A stretch of 64,000 bases of DNA. Origin: Octopus vulgaris (Eukaryota). Positions within the stretch are counted from its first letter, which is position 1. Each line of letters opens with the position of its first letter. This document shows, one piece after another, positions 1-12,904 of the stretch. Where the stretch lies: positions 209,126,001 to 209,190,000 of the forward strand of contig OX597815.1 of the NCBI GenBank assembly GCA_951406725.2. Reading direction: 5' to 3'. The position numbers and the translations under genes are program-made. The notes below the pieces were generated by a model, which ran no database searches, was not told where the DNA came from, and worked only from the letters and a program-made list of their open reading frames with translations.

Positions 1-21
1 GCCGGGTTATATATGAAGCCT
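1..21 (+). CDS. Possible 3' end of an upstream exon of the host gene (RVIYEA)
   Basis: Frame from nt 3 reads RVIYEA. A phase-1 donor t|gtaggg at 22 would join the 4191 exon in frame. Alternative donors exist at 27 and 59, and the exon start lies outside the window. Confidence 0.3.
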
Positions 22-235
22 GTAGGGTATATTTCTAATGCAAAACTGCTTTATACTGGTTTCCTTTTACCCCTCTTTGTTTTTTTGTTTTTTTTGTTTT
101 GTTTTTGGTTTTTACCGAATTTCTCTGAGAGCATAATAAACTACTCTCTTCTACCACCACTACTTCTTTTAGTGATGAGATATAATGTACATCATCATCG
201 TAGTTTAACGTCCGCTTGCCATGCTGGCATGGGTG

Positions 236-469
236 TATGTATGTATATATATGTGTGTGTGTATGTATGTGTGTGTGTATATATATATGCATGCATGTGT
301 ATATATATATAGATATATATATGTATGTGCATATATATATATATATATACATATGTATGTGCATATATGTATGTGTATGTATATATATATGTATGTATAT
401 GTGTGTGTATATATATATGTATGTATATGTGTGTGTATATATATATGTATGTATATGTGTGTATGTGTG

Positions 470-502
<33 letters not shown>

Positions 503-544
503 GTGTGATTCACACACACACACACACATATACATATATGTATA

Positions 545-597
<53 letters not shown>
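236..597. repeat. Compound (TA)n/(TG)n/(CA)n microsatellite
   Basis: Directly visible; source of the Y/I/M/C/V-rich spurious ORFs. Confidence 0.95.
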
Positions 598-599
<2 letters not shown>

Positions 600-1261
600 T
601 GGATACTTGGTTCCTTTCTATTGTTTCATATTGCATTTCATCAACATGAAGTGTTTCTTTATGCTTAAGCTACACCCATTTAGCTTCAAAGAGTTTTCCT
701 CTTTTATTTTTGTACCATTTCATACCAAGTTATACACTCTGTATTTCCCTGCCTTGCAAACAAAACTTCACACATTCGTACAAAGAATACTTGTCTGCAT
801 ATATTTTAGCCACATCCATGCCTAAGACACTAAGGGTGTTTAGAAATGATTGTATGCGTACGTATGTGCATGCAAGCATGAGTGCAGTCGTTCATATATC
901 TTTACCTGTGAGTTTGTATATATGTGTATGTATTATATAAAAAAAAACATATGCATGAAACATAATCATGTACATCGTTTAGTTTTGCTTTTTCTATGCT
1001 GTTTTAACAGTTAGAGGAGACACATTGAGGGAACATTCTACTGTTAGATGCTCTTCAAGTTACCAACACTCACTTGCTTTTCAAATAACACATTTTTATT
1101 CCACTGGTTTTCGCACATAGAAACCTGCATCCTCTACATGTATCGCTCACAGGGGTAAACAAACTTTATGCTTCTGCTTAAATAGTAGCAATATAAAACC
1201 ACGTGCAAAGAAACACTGAAACATAAAATTTATACTCACATGTATATAGTATATAACATAT

Positions 1262-1455
1262 ATGACCTCGTGTGTACCGTTGGCGATATTTTTTCCTCTG
1301 TCTTCCCTTCTCTGGATCTTTCCTTCTCCTATGTTTCCGCCGAAGAGCTCCGCTCGAAACGTTAAACCCTCCTTCTTTCCTGAGCGTCCAATGACACTAT
1401 ACTTGTTCCACGTCCTCGCGTTGTGTTTTTTTGTGCTTTCTTGTTTGGATTAACT
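1262..1455 (+). mobile_element. Penelope-like LTR remnant with a decayed hammerhead-like core
   Basis: ccgccga-a-GAGC-tcc-GCTC-GAAAC-gtt at about 1337-1363. Stem II and GAAAC are present, but the CUGANGA box is mutated. Confidence 0.4.
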
Positions 1456-2432
1456 AGTATATAACATATGCAGCATTAGTTTCTTCTAATGTCCATTTTT
1501 TTCAGGCTGGCATGGGTTAGACTGGGTATTATTTGAAGCAGGGTTTCTCAGCCATTTTTGTCAATGGACCCCTTTGATTACTATTTTATTCTGGTCGATA
1601 CTCATAGCTATTCGATGTTTAAAAATTAGTTTTATAGAAACTTCTTTCAAAATTTCTGTTTTGTTTTTCACACGTTGACTTCTGTAAGTTGAACTACGCA
1701 AAAAGTTACAGAAAGACCCCCTAGCTGTTTCTTGCAATTCCTACCAATACATACATTTGAAGTGAAAAATTTTGAGGAAAACTTATATTTACAATGTAAT
1801 ATCACGTTAAAGTTGTCCTATTTCAGTAATTTCAACCAATCAATAATCTGTATTCAGCTGGATAAAATTACTGCCATTGACTATTGTCGGTGTATTTTTT
1901 GTTTGTCACTGTTATTTATGACATCGTTCATGTGTTTGTACAGGTTTTAGCTTTAAAGTTTTAGGGTTCGGGTGTTAGGGTTACGAGGTGGTTACACTCC
2001 ACATCTTTGGTTTCTATGGAAACAGATTTCTTTACAAACAACTATAGAACACGTGGTTTCACTCCTTGGTTACTATGGAAACAGAGTTCTTTGTTTACTA
2101 TTCTAACAGAACTTAATGGTGATGTATAAAATACTTCTGATTGGCTAAAATAACCAAATTTCGCAAACTTCAAAGGCTAATAACTTTTTAATTATAAATT
2201 TATGGGGGAAAAGATTTTCATTTTCATTATTAGTATACAAAACTTAATCCATATACAAATTTGAAAACAATTGGAATAAAATTAGAGACAGTGACTCAAA
2301 CCTCAAAGATCCAAAAATTTGTCAAGGCAGTGCCCCCCCATATGCCACAGTCTCATGACTGAAGCAAGTAAAACATAAAAGATACATACACTCATACACA
2401 CACACACTCATACATACACACACATATTGTAA

Positions 2433-2940
2433 ACTAGCAGTATAACCCAGCTTTGCCTGGAATTAAGTTAGGTTTATTAAGCTAATCAAGTTCTTTATTT
2501 CAAACCGAACTAAGTAACATCAACTTCAAATTTGGGCGAAATCCATTGAAATTGGTTTATATATATATATATGGGCAACACACACACATACACACACGTA
2601 TGTACGTACACCTATTGCATACATGTTTTTTGTACACATGCATGTCCATGTGTGTTACCCGTATATCAACACAACAACAAAAGGTTTTAACAAAAACTTA
2701 CTCGTCGCTAAAAGGGGACTTAACTCCTGTTTGCAAATAATGGTGATTTCTCTGACTTGAAAATTGTTAAAAGTTTTGGTTGAAAATTTATTTTCACTGC
2801 TATTCGCTGGTGCCTCCTGTAGAAATAAGTTGACGAAAATACAGCTAGAGTCATGGCGAATGTCCTCCTAAAATTGGAGCGACATGCATGCTAATTTGTG
2901 GACGTGCATGAATTACAACCTCATACGTACACACACACAA
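2433..2940 (-). mobile_element. Non-autonomous Helitron-like fragment
   Basis: ctagcagtataacccagctttgcctgg gives a minus-strand 3' hairpin plus CTAG end, homologous to the terminus at 54340. The 5' boundary is approximate. Confidence 0.5.
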
Positions 2941-3395
2941 TCACACATTATATTGTAAATATTTTACGCACCTGTATGTGTATGTACGAAAAACATAATT
3001 CTTTGATTCTGCATTTCTGTCCCTTTTTTTTCCCCACTTGTATTGTCATCTTTTCTATATGCTGGTTCTCAAAAATTATCTGCTATTAAATCCATTAGTT
3101 TAATCCAGAAATGAACATATGCCTCCAGCACTGATAACGCCATTCCTTTTGAAAACCAATTTTTGGTTGTATCCCTTTTTAGTCACGCTGATGTGTCTCG
3201 CATTATTAACAGGCTCCTGACCATTACATGTGTGTCTTTCTCAGCAAATACTTTTTAATACCTTCGATATCCAAGAACTCTTTTTATATTTTTTTTTTTT
3301 TTACCTTTTCATCAGCCTAATGCTTTTATTAATGAAGAATAGATAGTATATGGTTGTTTCTCTCAGGCAAAACTTACACACTCACACACACACAC

Positions 3396-3397
<2 letters not shown>

Positions 3398-3459
<62 letters not shown>

Positions 3460-3856
3460 TTTGTATATGTATATATGTATGTATATATATATTTGTATAT
3501 GTATATATGTATGTATATATATATTTGTATATGTATATATGTATGTATATATATATTTGTATATGTATATATGTATGTATATATATATTTGTATATGTAT
3601 ATATGTATGTATATATATATTTGTATATGTATATATGTATGTATATATATATTTGTATATGTATATATGTATGTATATATATATTTGTATATATATGTAT
3701 GTATGTATATATGTATGTATGTATATATGTATGTATGTATATATATATGTATGCATATATATGTATATTATGTATATATATATATATGTATGTATATATT
3801 TGTATATATGTATATATATATTTGTATATATATATATATGTATATATATATAATGT

Positions 3857-3888
<32 letters not shown>

Positions 3889-3898
3889 CTTATATATA
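3398..3898. repeat. (TA)n field with a 32-bp minisatellite (about 8 copies)
   Basis: Unit atgtatgtatatatatatttgtatatgtatat; the tttg marker recurs every 32 nt from about 3460 to 3690. Confidence 0.9.
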
Positions 3899-4190
3899 TT
3901 GTACAGAGAGTGAGCAAGAATTTCTTTGTGTATGACAGATATCGTACATTGTACGTCAAGCTTAGCAGTTAATCTTCCTGTATGTTTTGCAAGTTTTTTT
4001 TTTTGTTTGTTTACTTTGTATATTTTGTTGTCGCTAAATATATAATTCCGGAGCCATACATTACCACCATGATTTCATATTTACCAGTATGAAAGCCCTT
4101 GTTTGGTGGAGGGTGGGGTGGGGCTTCTTTAGTGATGAGGGTTGTCGTTTTTTTGTTTTCTCTGTTTTGCTTTGTTATAATGAACTTTAG

Positions 4191-4302
4191 GTCATCATTC
4201 AGTTCCCTGCAGCATTAGTACCTCTAAGGAAACTGATATGGTGAAAGTCTTTGTTTTTGCAATATATGCTGTCCCTCGTACCAGATGTTATCAGCAAATC
4301 AG
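4191..4302 (+). CDS. Internal coding exon (HHSVPCSISTSKETDMVKVFVFAIYAVPRTRCYQQI) of a putative UPA-domain host gene
   Basis: T-rich tract with tttag| acceptor and ag|gttgga donor. Only one frame is open. The phase-2 end joins exon 17875 to make an AGG codon. Confidence 0.6.
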
Positions 4303-4800
4303 GTTGGATACATTCTATGTAAAAACATATTTTTCTTATTGTATATTCATCCATTGTGGCTACTTATCTCTCACAATAGGGGAATCTTCAGCTAATTTCT
4401 AGCTTCAGAGGATAAAACAAGTGGCATAAATATAAGTTACTTTGGCAAAGTATCCATTTCAGTGTATGTATTTCTGTCTTCGAAAGTAACAAATCAAACC
4501 TCGGGTTTCTGTAAAGTATTTATTACATCCATTCCTTTCTATAATTTGTTGATAAATACAAGAGGACCCACTCCCAATACTTGCTTTTGAATTTGTTGTG
4601 TTTACTGAAAAATGTATTAACTGGAGGATAAGCATAAGTTTATTAGAAAAATAATATTCTAAGAGATGCTTAAACAACTTCTCTACACTATACTCTCAAA
4701 TAATAAAGCTACAGTCTACACCCCACCTAATTCTTGCATTCTGTGTACTTTTTCCCTTATCGTCTCTACATCCTTAACTCTTTAGCATTTAAACCAGCCA

Positions 4801-5149
4801 TGCATGGCACCTTGGGCAAGTGTCTTCTACTATAGCCTCGGGCCGACCAAAGCCTTGTGAGTGGATTTGGTAGACAGAAACTGAAAGAAACCCATCGTAT
4901 ATATGTATATATATATATATATCTATGTATGTGTGTGTGTTTGTGTGTCTGTGTTTGTCCCCCTAGCATTGCTTCACAACCAATGCTGGTGTGTTTATGT
5001 CCCCGTCACTTAGCGGTTCGGCAAAACAGACCGATAGAATAAGTACTGGGCTTACAAAGAATAAGTCCTGGGGTCGATTTGCTCCACTAAAGGCTGTGCT
5101 CCAGCATGGCCGCAGTCAACTGACTGAAACAAGTAAAAGAGTAAAGAGT
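4801..5149 (+). mobile_element. SINE family A, 5'-truncated
   Basis: Matches the full copies at 29654 and 55406; internal (TA)n(TG)n and gtaaaagag tail. Confidence 0.85.
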
Positions 5150-5330
5150 ATATCCAACCCAAATATTCTACATGTATTCAGACCAGCCAGATCTGACCTC
5201 TCACACCTAAACTGCTATGCTATTCTCAAAAGAAACAAACCCATCATCATAATCTTGAACCTACAACATAACGCATGGTTGGTTCAAAACAACATGAATA
5301 AATAGCCCTTACATTTGACAGAATAATCTT

Positions 5331-5561
5331 ATTACTTTATTGCCCACAAGGGGCTACACACAGAGAGGACAAGCAAGGACAAACAAATGGATTAAGTCGA
5401 TTATATCGACCCCAGCACATAACTGGTACTTATTTAATCGACCCCGAAAGGATGAAAGGCAAAGTCGACCTCAGTGGAATTTGAACTCAGAACGTAAAGA
5501 CAGACGAAATACCGCTAAGCATTTCGCCCGGTTTGCTAACGTTTCTGCCAGCTCGCCGCCC
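5331..5561 (-). mobile_element. SINE family C (tRNA head plus Deu/Nin-like central domain)
   Basis: Minus strand has gttcaaattcc (B box) followed by gtcgactttgcctttcatcctttcggggtcga..aagtaccag. Flanking duplication ttgacagaataatct. Confidence 0.8.
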
Positions 5562-5739
5562 TTCTGCCCACATCTCATCACTACCACCACCATCGCTACT
5601 ACTATTGACAGAATAATCTGAATGCTGAAAGGTTAATACAATTTCAGGAAGGAAGTGGAATTGAAATGCAGAGCCAGAATTGCATAACAAGCCCTCTGCA
5701 CATTTACTGGGGGATTTGGATACATCTGTATTATGATAT

Positions 5740-5900
5740 TGGCTGTGTGTTAAGTAGCTTGCTTACCAACCACATGGTTCCAGGTTCAGTCCCACTGCGT
5801 GACACCTTGGGCAAGTGTCTTCTACTATAGCCTCAGGCCGACCAAAGCCTTGTGAGTGGATTTGGTAGACGGAAACTGAAAGAAGCCCGTCATATATATG

Positions 5901-5934
<34 letters not shown>

Positions 5935-6153
5935 CGTGTATGTTTGTGTGTCTGTATTTGTCCCCCTAGCATTGCTTGACAACCGATGCTGGTGTGTTTA
6001 TGTCCCCGTAACTTAGCGGTTCGGCAAAAGAGACCGATAGAATAAGTACTGGGCTTACAAAGAATAAGTCCCGGGGTCGATTTGCTCGATTAAAGGCAGT
6101 GTTCCAGCATGGCCGCAGTCAGATGACTGAAACAAGTAAAAGAGTAAAAGAGT
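5740..6153 (+). mobile_element. SINE family A (tRNA-derived, CORE-like segment, internal microsatellite)
   Basis: A/B-box-like tggctgtgtg..ggttcagtcc, then ccttgggcaagtgtctt; more than 10 copies in the window. Confidence 0.9.
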
Positions 6154-8266
6154 GTGGTGGTAGTGGTGGGGGTTAAAATATATTCTCCTAGAGTTGCCTC
6201 ACTAAGGGGGTTGTATCTACGGTAGATTTTCTGTGCATGAAGCCAAGCTTCAGCCTTTCACAAGTGTTTGAGGAGTTTGGGGCTATGAATAAAACTCACT
6301 TTTTTTTTGTTACCAAAGAGGAGCCATTTTTCTTTTAGTAGTACTATCAATCAGTTCAGTTGTTATCAATAGTCTTTTGTGGGTATTTATGTTGATTTAT
6401 ATTATTTTGAATTGTGTTATTTGGATGATATATTTTCTTGAAATGAATAATTTTAAATAATTTTTCAAACAATATGATTGAATATGCACATTCAGCACTA
6501 CAAGTGCTGAGGGTATCTTTGTCATTTTTGTTTCTCAAATTAAAATCATATTCTTTGGCAGACTGTGAATTCTGAAGTAATGTTCAAATTTTTTATCATG
6601 GAGTTGAAACATATGGCTTTTTCTTTATTTCTGAACACATACCTATGTGGGAAGTGGAAAATCCAATGTTTCAGACAGAGTCCTTCTTCAGAGAAAAGTT
6701 GAAAGGGAAGAAATTAACAAAAGTCTATAGAGTTTTACCTCCTATTAAAATTAAATTGGCTGCAACTGATAAGGATCACAGGACAGCATGAGCTTCATAC
6801 GAAAACAAGTAGTGGTGAGAGATTTGTGTAAGATTTGTATATGCATGTATGTTAGAATGTATATATGAGTGTGTTTGACTTATGTGTATATATACAAATT
6901 ATGTGTACATACAAATAGTATGAGAGTTGAGTATATATTTATTTAACCATATGACTTCCATAAGGTTATGGTCGTTTCTACAACCTTTCTCAAGCAGTAT
7001 TAATTTCAGTATGAAAGAAATTATGCGTACATGTTTGTATTAATATGTATGAAACTGTGTGAGATGCAAGAAGGAAAGAGGAATGAACATGGAGGGAAAA
7101 CAGGCAATGTCAAGAGTGAGGTGAAGGAAAAAGATGAGGTAAAAGGGGGATTTGAAGAATAAGAAATGGTTTAATGAACTAAGAGGATGTGTAGCAGTAG
7201 AAGGAAAAACATTAATTCAAACCAGTCAATGACTTGGTGCCACATTCGATTATGCATATTTTAGTTAGGATACAGCTACAAAAGCACAAAAAAAAAAGCA
7301 TGCAGTCTTTGTATTCATCTTAGAAGCAAGTTGCTAACACTTCTCAAACTATCTGCTTTGAATCTGTTGCGTTTACTTTTACAAGAAAATTTCAAACAAG
7401 TTTCCAAGAAGCTTGCCAAACTTTTAACTAATCTTCTGGTATATTATTCCCCAAAATTGATCCAAAGATAAAAAAAAATAAGAGTAACAGCTTTAAATTT
7501 TGCTTCTGTTACAACTGGATCATTACGTTAAAGATATTTCAATGCTCCTTCATATTTCGAAAGATCTCTTTTGAAAACTGTTCATACACCCTAACTTTAT
7601 ACGCAATGGGAACTAAAAGAAATTTTTCATGGATTTACAGAACGTTAAAAACAAAAAGTAAAATAACAGGCAAAAACCTTAAGCATGAAATAAATCTATG
7701 AAACACTTTGTTCATCACCTTGAACTGTATGTGTTATTCCCTTAAATCAGTACAAATCACACAATTGTACTGGTGGTCATTGATCTTTTTTAGCAGGAAT
7801 TCTATGATTTCATGTTTCAGTCAGCTGTACAAAAATGTCCTATAGGTATAGATAGTCAATTGAATGATAATAGAGTTTCGTGCTTTGCTTTCAAGAATCA
7901 ATAAACAATCTCCAATCGTCTCCTTTGTATGAAAATCCATTTTATTCAATGTAAAGCTTTAATATTTTTGCAGTAAGTGTGTTCTCATTGCAAAAAGAAG
8001 TCCATAAATTTTTCCTATCTGTAAATGAATGAGGCAACTAGTTTTCTTTTGCTGGCAGATTTTGTTTTTATTCTCCACTTTTCTATTCCCTTTTGAAACT
8101 CAAAACCTGAATTCAGAATGTATATTACAGAGTGCACATATACACATGCATACATTCACACACACACATACATACACTTGTCTGTATGGGCATATACGCA
8201 CACACATATGTATATATAAATACTAATACACACACACATAAATGCAAACATATATATGCATGTAGC

Positions 8267-8297
<31 letters not shown>

Positions 8298-8571
8298 ATG
8301 TGTGTATGTATCTGTGTGTGTATATATGTATATATATTTGTATGTATATGTGTGTGTGTTTATATATGTGTGTGTGTGTATGTATATATGTGTGTGTGTG
8401 TGTTTATATATGTATATATATATAATTGTGTGTCTGTGTGTATGTATATATAAACACATAAGTGAGTCACTGTGCTAATCAAAAATCATGTAAAACAATA
8501 GGGATAACACACACACAGTTGATTTTTATGGTATATCCACATTAAGATATGCAGAATTCTATTCTGGGTTA

Positions 8572-8787
8572 TGAGGGGATAACTGAAAAGTTCCTGGCTT
8601 TGGGTAAAAGAAAATACCAGAGGATCAATTAATCAGGAGTTTATTCCACATATCCTCCTCTCAGATTCACTCACTTTTGCAGCAGTTTTCAGTTTTTCTA
8701 AGCCCTGTAAGGGAACTCAGAAGGTTCGGCCTCCAATTAGGCCTTTCTCATTACCTTTAAAGTCAAGAACTTTTCAGTACCCGCTCG
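8572..8787. mobile_element. Tc1/mariner-type MITE
   Basis: TA|tgagggg.taactgaaaagttcctggcttt ... aaagtcaagaacttttcagtacccgctcg|TA imperfect TIRs; second copy at 34009. Confidence 0.75.
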
Positions 8788-8911
8788 TAATAGTGCTTCC
8801 ATCACTAATAATGAATTTTTACCCAGTCTAATGCCACAGAAAATATGGGCTTGTAATATACACATGTTTTGATAAGTTTTAACAAATAAGATTCATTCTA
8901 ATTGAATCTTA

Positions 8912-9565
8912 CCAGCCCACTTATGCGTACCTTTCCTTCTTTGGACACTAAAACTCTGCTTGCAAAGACCTCTTGAGGCAAGTGAAATCAAAAATCAAAA
9001 TCAAATTCGATGACTGGCGTCTGTGCTAGCAGGGTGCAAAGAGCACCATAAGAGTGTGATCATTGACAGAGTGGCTAACTGGCTTCCGTGCCAGTGGCAC
9101 TTAAAAGGCACCATTCGAGCGTGATCGTTACCAGCGTCGCATTACTGGCACTCGAGCCCTGTGCTAGTAGGGTATTAAGAGCATCATCCGAGCGTGATCG
9201 TTGCCAGAGTGGCTATCTGGCCTCTGTGCCGGTGGCACGTAAAAAACACCATTCGAACATGATCATTACCAGCATCGCCTTACTGGCATCCTCACCGGTG
9301 GCATGCTAGTAGAGTATTAAGAGCACCATCCGAGCGAGGTCGTTGCCAGTGCCACCTGACTGGCTCTGTGTCGGTGGTACGTAAAAGCACCCACTACACT
9401 CTCGGAGTGGTTGGCGTTAGGAAGGGTATCCAGCTGTAGAAACACTGCCAGATCAGACTGGAGCTTGGTGCAGCCTCCTGGCTTCCCAGACCCCGGTCGA
9501 ATCATCCAACCCATGCTAGCATGGAAAACGGACGTTAAACGATGATGAGGATGATGATGATGATG
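8912..9565 (+). mobile_element. RTE LINE 3' UTR-only copy (family B)
   Basis: Starts ccagcccacttatg, as immediately after the RTE stop at 39765. Contains tandem gtgcc-n-gt-ggcac units and a (GAT)n tail. Confidence 0.8.
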
Positions 9566-9944
9566 TTCTTTGTGGTTAACATTCATGAAAGTACTACCCA
9601 TGCATTCAACAACTTGCTGCCTACTTGGGAAAATGGTCAGTGAGTTTCCCTTTCACAAGCAACTGCTTCAGAGTTAGCACAAAGTTTAAGGTACATAACA
9701 ATTACAGCCTTATTCAAGCTGTGCCAGTATGGTTTCTTTGCAAAAAACAATGCTATTCCATTAGGCCCCTTCCTAAAATACGTGGAACAACAAAACAATG
9801 AAGATAAAGAAAGCAAGATGTCCCTCTTGGAGAGCAACCTAAGTTTGATGGTACTATTGGAAGAGAGTATACTGTGTATGTCTATCAACATGAATGCATC
9901 TTTCTTTGACTTCACTTTGAAGTATAAAACCAAAGTTCATTTAA

Positions 9945-10166
9945 CCCTTCTGTTACCAATCCTGCTGAAACTGCCCTTGGCTCTGTAGTACAAATATCTT
10001 GTTTTCATAACTTTTGAATTAAAATCTTCTACCAAACCTTAGTCACAATTTATGTTCCTAACACTAGCTGAATGATAACTAAAATTATTTTACTAAATTC
10101 TTTGTTATCTTTAAAGTAACCGAAAGAAACACAGAACATCTCAAAATAAATACAGTAACGAAAGGG
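9945..10166. mobile_element. piggyBac-type MITE, copy 1
   Basis: TTAA|cccttctgttac ... gtaacgaaaggg|TTAA. Confidence 0.85.
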
Positions 10167-10219
10167 TTAAACAAGATATAGTGAACAACAACCTACAAGC
10201 ATGCCGTTCATTAAATTAA

Positions 10220-10440
10220 CCCTTTTGATACCAATCTAGCTGAAACCGGCTTTGGCTCTGTAGTACAAATGTCTTGTTTGCTTAAGGTTTCAATTAAAAT
10301 CTTCCACCAAACCTTTGTCACAATTTATGTTCCTAACACTAGCTGAATGATAACTAAATTATTTTACTAAATTCTTTGTTATATTTAAAGTAACTGAAAG
10401 AAACACAGAACATCTCAAAATAAATACAGTAACGAAAGGG
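10220..10440. mobile_element. piggyBac-type MITE, copy 2
   Basis: TTAA|cccttttgatac ... gtaacgaaaggg|TTAA; highly similar to copy 1, which ends 53 bp upstream. Confidence 0.85.
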
Positions 10441-10684
10441 TTAAATATCTTCATATAGACAATGGTAAAGTTTCCACCTGCAGAGAGACATTTTTATACT
10501 TCCCACCACTGAAGAATGAGGACCAAATGATGTGCAGCATTGATTCTTTTCAGTATGCTGCTTGAATATTGTGAACTATTCACTCTGTTTCAGCTTTGGC
10601 TCAAGGGTCACGATGGCCTTGCTGAAAATTCCAAGCATCTACATTGCAGCCCTCACAAGTTCAAGGATATAAGTAACTTTTATT

Positions 10685-11090
10685 CTTTTATTCTTTTACT
10701 TGTTTCAGTCATTTGACTGCAGCCATGCTGGAGCACCACCTTTAGTCGAGCAAATCGACCCCAGTACTTATTCTTTGTAAGCCTAGTACTTATTATTCTA
10801 TCGGTCTCTTTAGCCAAACCGCTAAGTTACAGGGATGTAAACACATCAGCATCGGTTGTCAAGCGATGTTGGGGGACAAACACAGACACACAAACATATA
10901 CACACACATACATATATACATATATACGACAGGCTTCTTCCAGTTTCTGTCCACGAAATCCACTCACAAGGCTTTGGTCGACCCAAGGCTATAGTAAAAA
11001 ACACTTGCCCAAGGTGCCACGCAGAGGAACTGAACACGGAACCATGAGGTTGGTAAGCAAACTACTTACCACACAGCCACTCCTACACCT
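10685..11090 (-). mobile_element. SINE family A
   Basis: Reverse complement of the family A consensus seen in the window. Confidence 0.9.
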
Positions 11091-11927
11091 ATAAGAACTT
11101 CAAATATACGGCCATGGCTTTCCTCCACCCAATTATCTGAAGTCAATTGTCTGGTGTCAAAAATTCAGAAAGAATCATCATATAATGTTGATACAGAAAT
11201 AACATTAGTCAATGACATTAAACCCAAATTGATTATTGGCCTTTAGGCACCTTTTTTTGACAGGGTTTAGCAGCAAGAGACTAGAAATGGCTTCCTTCAT
11301 GTTCATGGTAGAACTGAACAGACGTTTCTGATCTGTCTGTTGTTTACCAAATTCTGTCATCATAAAACACAGCTGCTGTAGGTGTTTCCTCAGTCATTAG
11401 CATTACATGCCTTCCTTTGCTGGAAGACTGGTACTGCACATACTGATTTTATACTCCTCTTGGACTTGGGCATAAATGATGCACCTATTTGCTACATTGC
11501 CAAGATTTCAGAAACCAAGCAAGTTTCCAAGCAATGCTAAATGAATTTCTGGAAAGAATATTCAGTTTCATTATGCATGCTTTGCCCAAAAACATTGTGG
11601 AATTTGTTTAGTAATTCATCTCCTGATAAAATCTATGCTTGCTTCAAATTGTTGTCATTTTGGACTAAAGTTAATATCTTTAAACTGTCTACTAACATGA
11701 AAGTCAGTCTTATTGGAGATCAGCTGTCTGGTTTTTTTAAAAGTTGGAGACAGAAAATTCCCTTCCAACACCAATAGCATCATAGACTCAGTTCCTATGA
11801 GGCCTCTGGTAAATTTATATCAAAGTTGTTCCTTGGCTAACTGCATCATTAACACACCAGTGTCTGTCCCCATTCCCAGCCTAAATAGATGTTTGGTCAA
11901 CAGCATCACTTGGCAAGTTTTACAGCA

Positions 11928-12152
11928 AGCCGGCTGAAACGTTAGCACGCCAGGCGAAGTGCTTAGCGGTATTTCGTTTGTCTTTACGTTCTGAGTTCAA
12001 ATTCCGCCGAGGTCGACTTTGCCTTTCATCCTTGTGGGGTCGATAAATTAAGTACCAGTTATGCACTGGGGTCCATGTAATCAACTTAATCCCTTTGTCT
12101 GTCCTTGTTTGTCCCCTCTATGTTTAGCCCCTTGTAGGCAATAAAGAAATAA
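11928..12152 (+). mobile_element. SINE family C
   Basis: gttcaaattccgccgaggtcgactttgcctttcatcc...ggcaataaagaaat. Confidence 0.85.
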
Positions 12153-12904
12153 GATACTTCCATTTAGTCATACCTACAAACCAGTAGACATTGCTGTGGA
12201 TCAAGGTGCAATAGTTTTAAATTCATCGGAATTCTGTCCTGCCACCTCACTGACTACCTTTAAAAATATCACCCACCGCTATGCAAGAGACCACACATCT
12301 GTTCAAATAATGTCGCTAGCAACACAACCACACACTCAATAATATCCCGTATATTCATCCATTCCTTAAGGTAACTGAGAGAAGCCTGGGGGAGATTTTG
12401 TTGCACTTTGGTCCTTGCAGAATTTTGATTGTGTCACACTGCACATCAGACCATGTATCAAAGTGCATCAGAAGGTGCAACATCCTCATGTAGATGGAAT
12501 ATATGTTATATGTAGAGCTATCAGTGTGCACATCAGATCTAACAATTTAGCTGATTACATATGTGCCATAGCTTTGTCTAATTAGAACTGACCTCATGTA
12601 AATAAATCATCAACAAATTGTTATTATGGGCAGCATCATACACCATTGTAAACAATTTCATTTTATTCAAGCATACTTCATCTCTTTGTGTACAAAACTC
12701 TCAGCTAAATGACTAAGTCAGAGAGCACATGGTTAACAGCTGGAATATTTATTATGAATTTGGGCAGTTAACAAATAGTTTTTTTTATATCAAGTTGAAA
12801 GAGATTGTAATTTCAGCTATACTTTATGAGATAACTTTGCATGAAACTTATTTTACTCTTATTGTTTTGTTTGTTTTCAACACCTGTAAAGAATTTCTGT
12901 ATCT

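Larger units (their letters stand above)
4778..5632. mobile_element. piggyBac-type MITE carrying two nested SINEs
   Basis: TTAA|ctctttagcatt ... aatgctgaaagg|TTAA termini, interrupted by SINE-A (4801-5149) and SINE-C (5331-5561). Confidence 0.7.

Noticed and set aside
13-825. Overlapping 95-166 aa ORFs rich in Y/I/H/T/C/V/M, and similar ones at 3.4, 15.7-17.2, 27.2, 35.5-36.4 and 40.4 kb
   Set aside because: They are translations of (TA)/(CA)/(TG) microsatellites, which lack stop codons.
1945-1985. TTAGGG-like motifs
   Set aside because: Only two or three degenerate units inside a probable DNA-transposon remnant; not a telomeric array.
5763-5972. Recurrent peptides such as RQASFSFRLPNPLTRLWSARGYSRRHLPKVP and FLQLDALPNANHS
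   Set aside because: These are chance frames through SINE-A and the RTE 3' UTR, with indels and stops differing between copies.
9088-9390. CRISPR-like spacing of palindromic gtgcc..ggcac repeats
   Set aside because: The spacers are homologous to each other, the context is eukaryotic, there are no cas genes, and the array is part of a LINE 3' UTR.
11150-11920. Possible decayed LTR-retrotransposon gag sequence on the minus strand
   Set aside because: Only a vague resemblance; no motif could be recovered with confidence.
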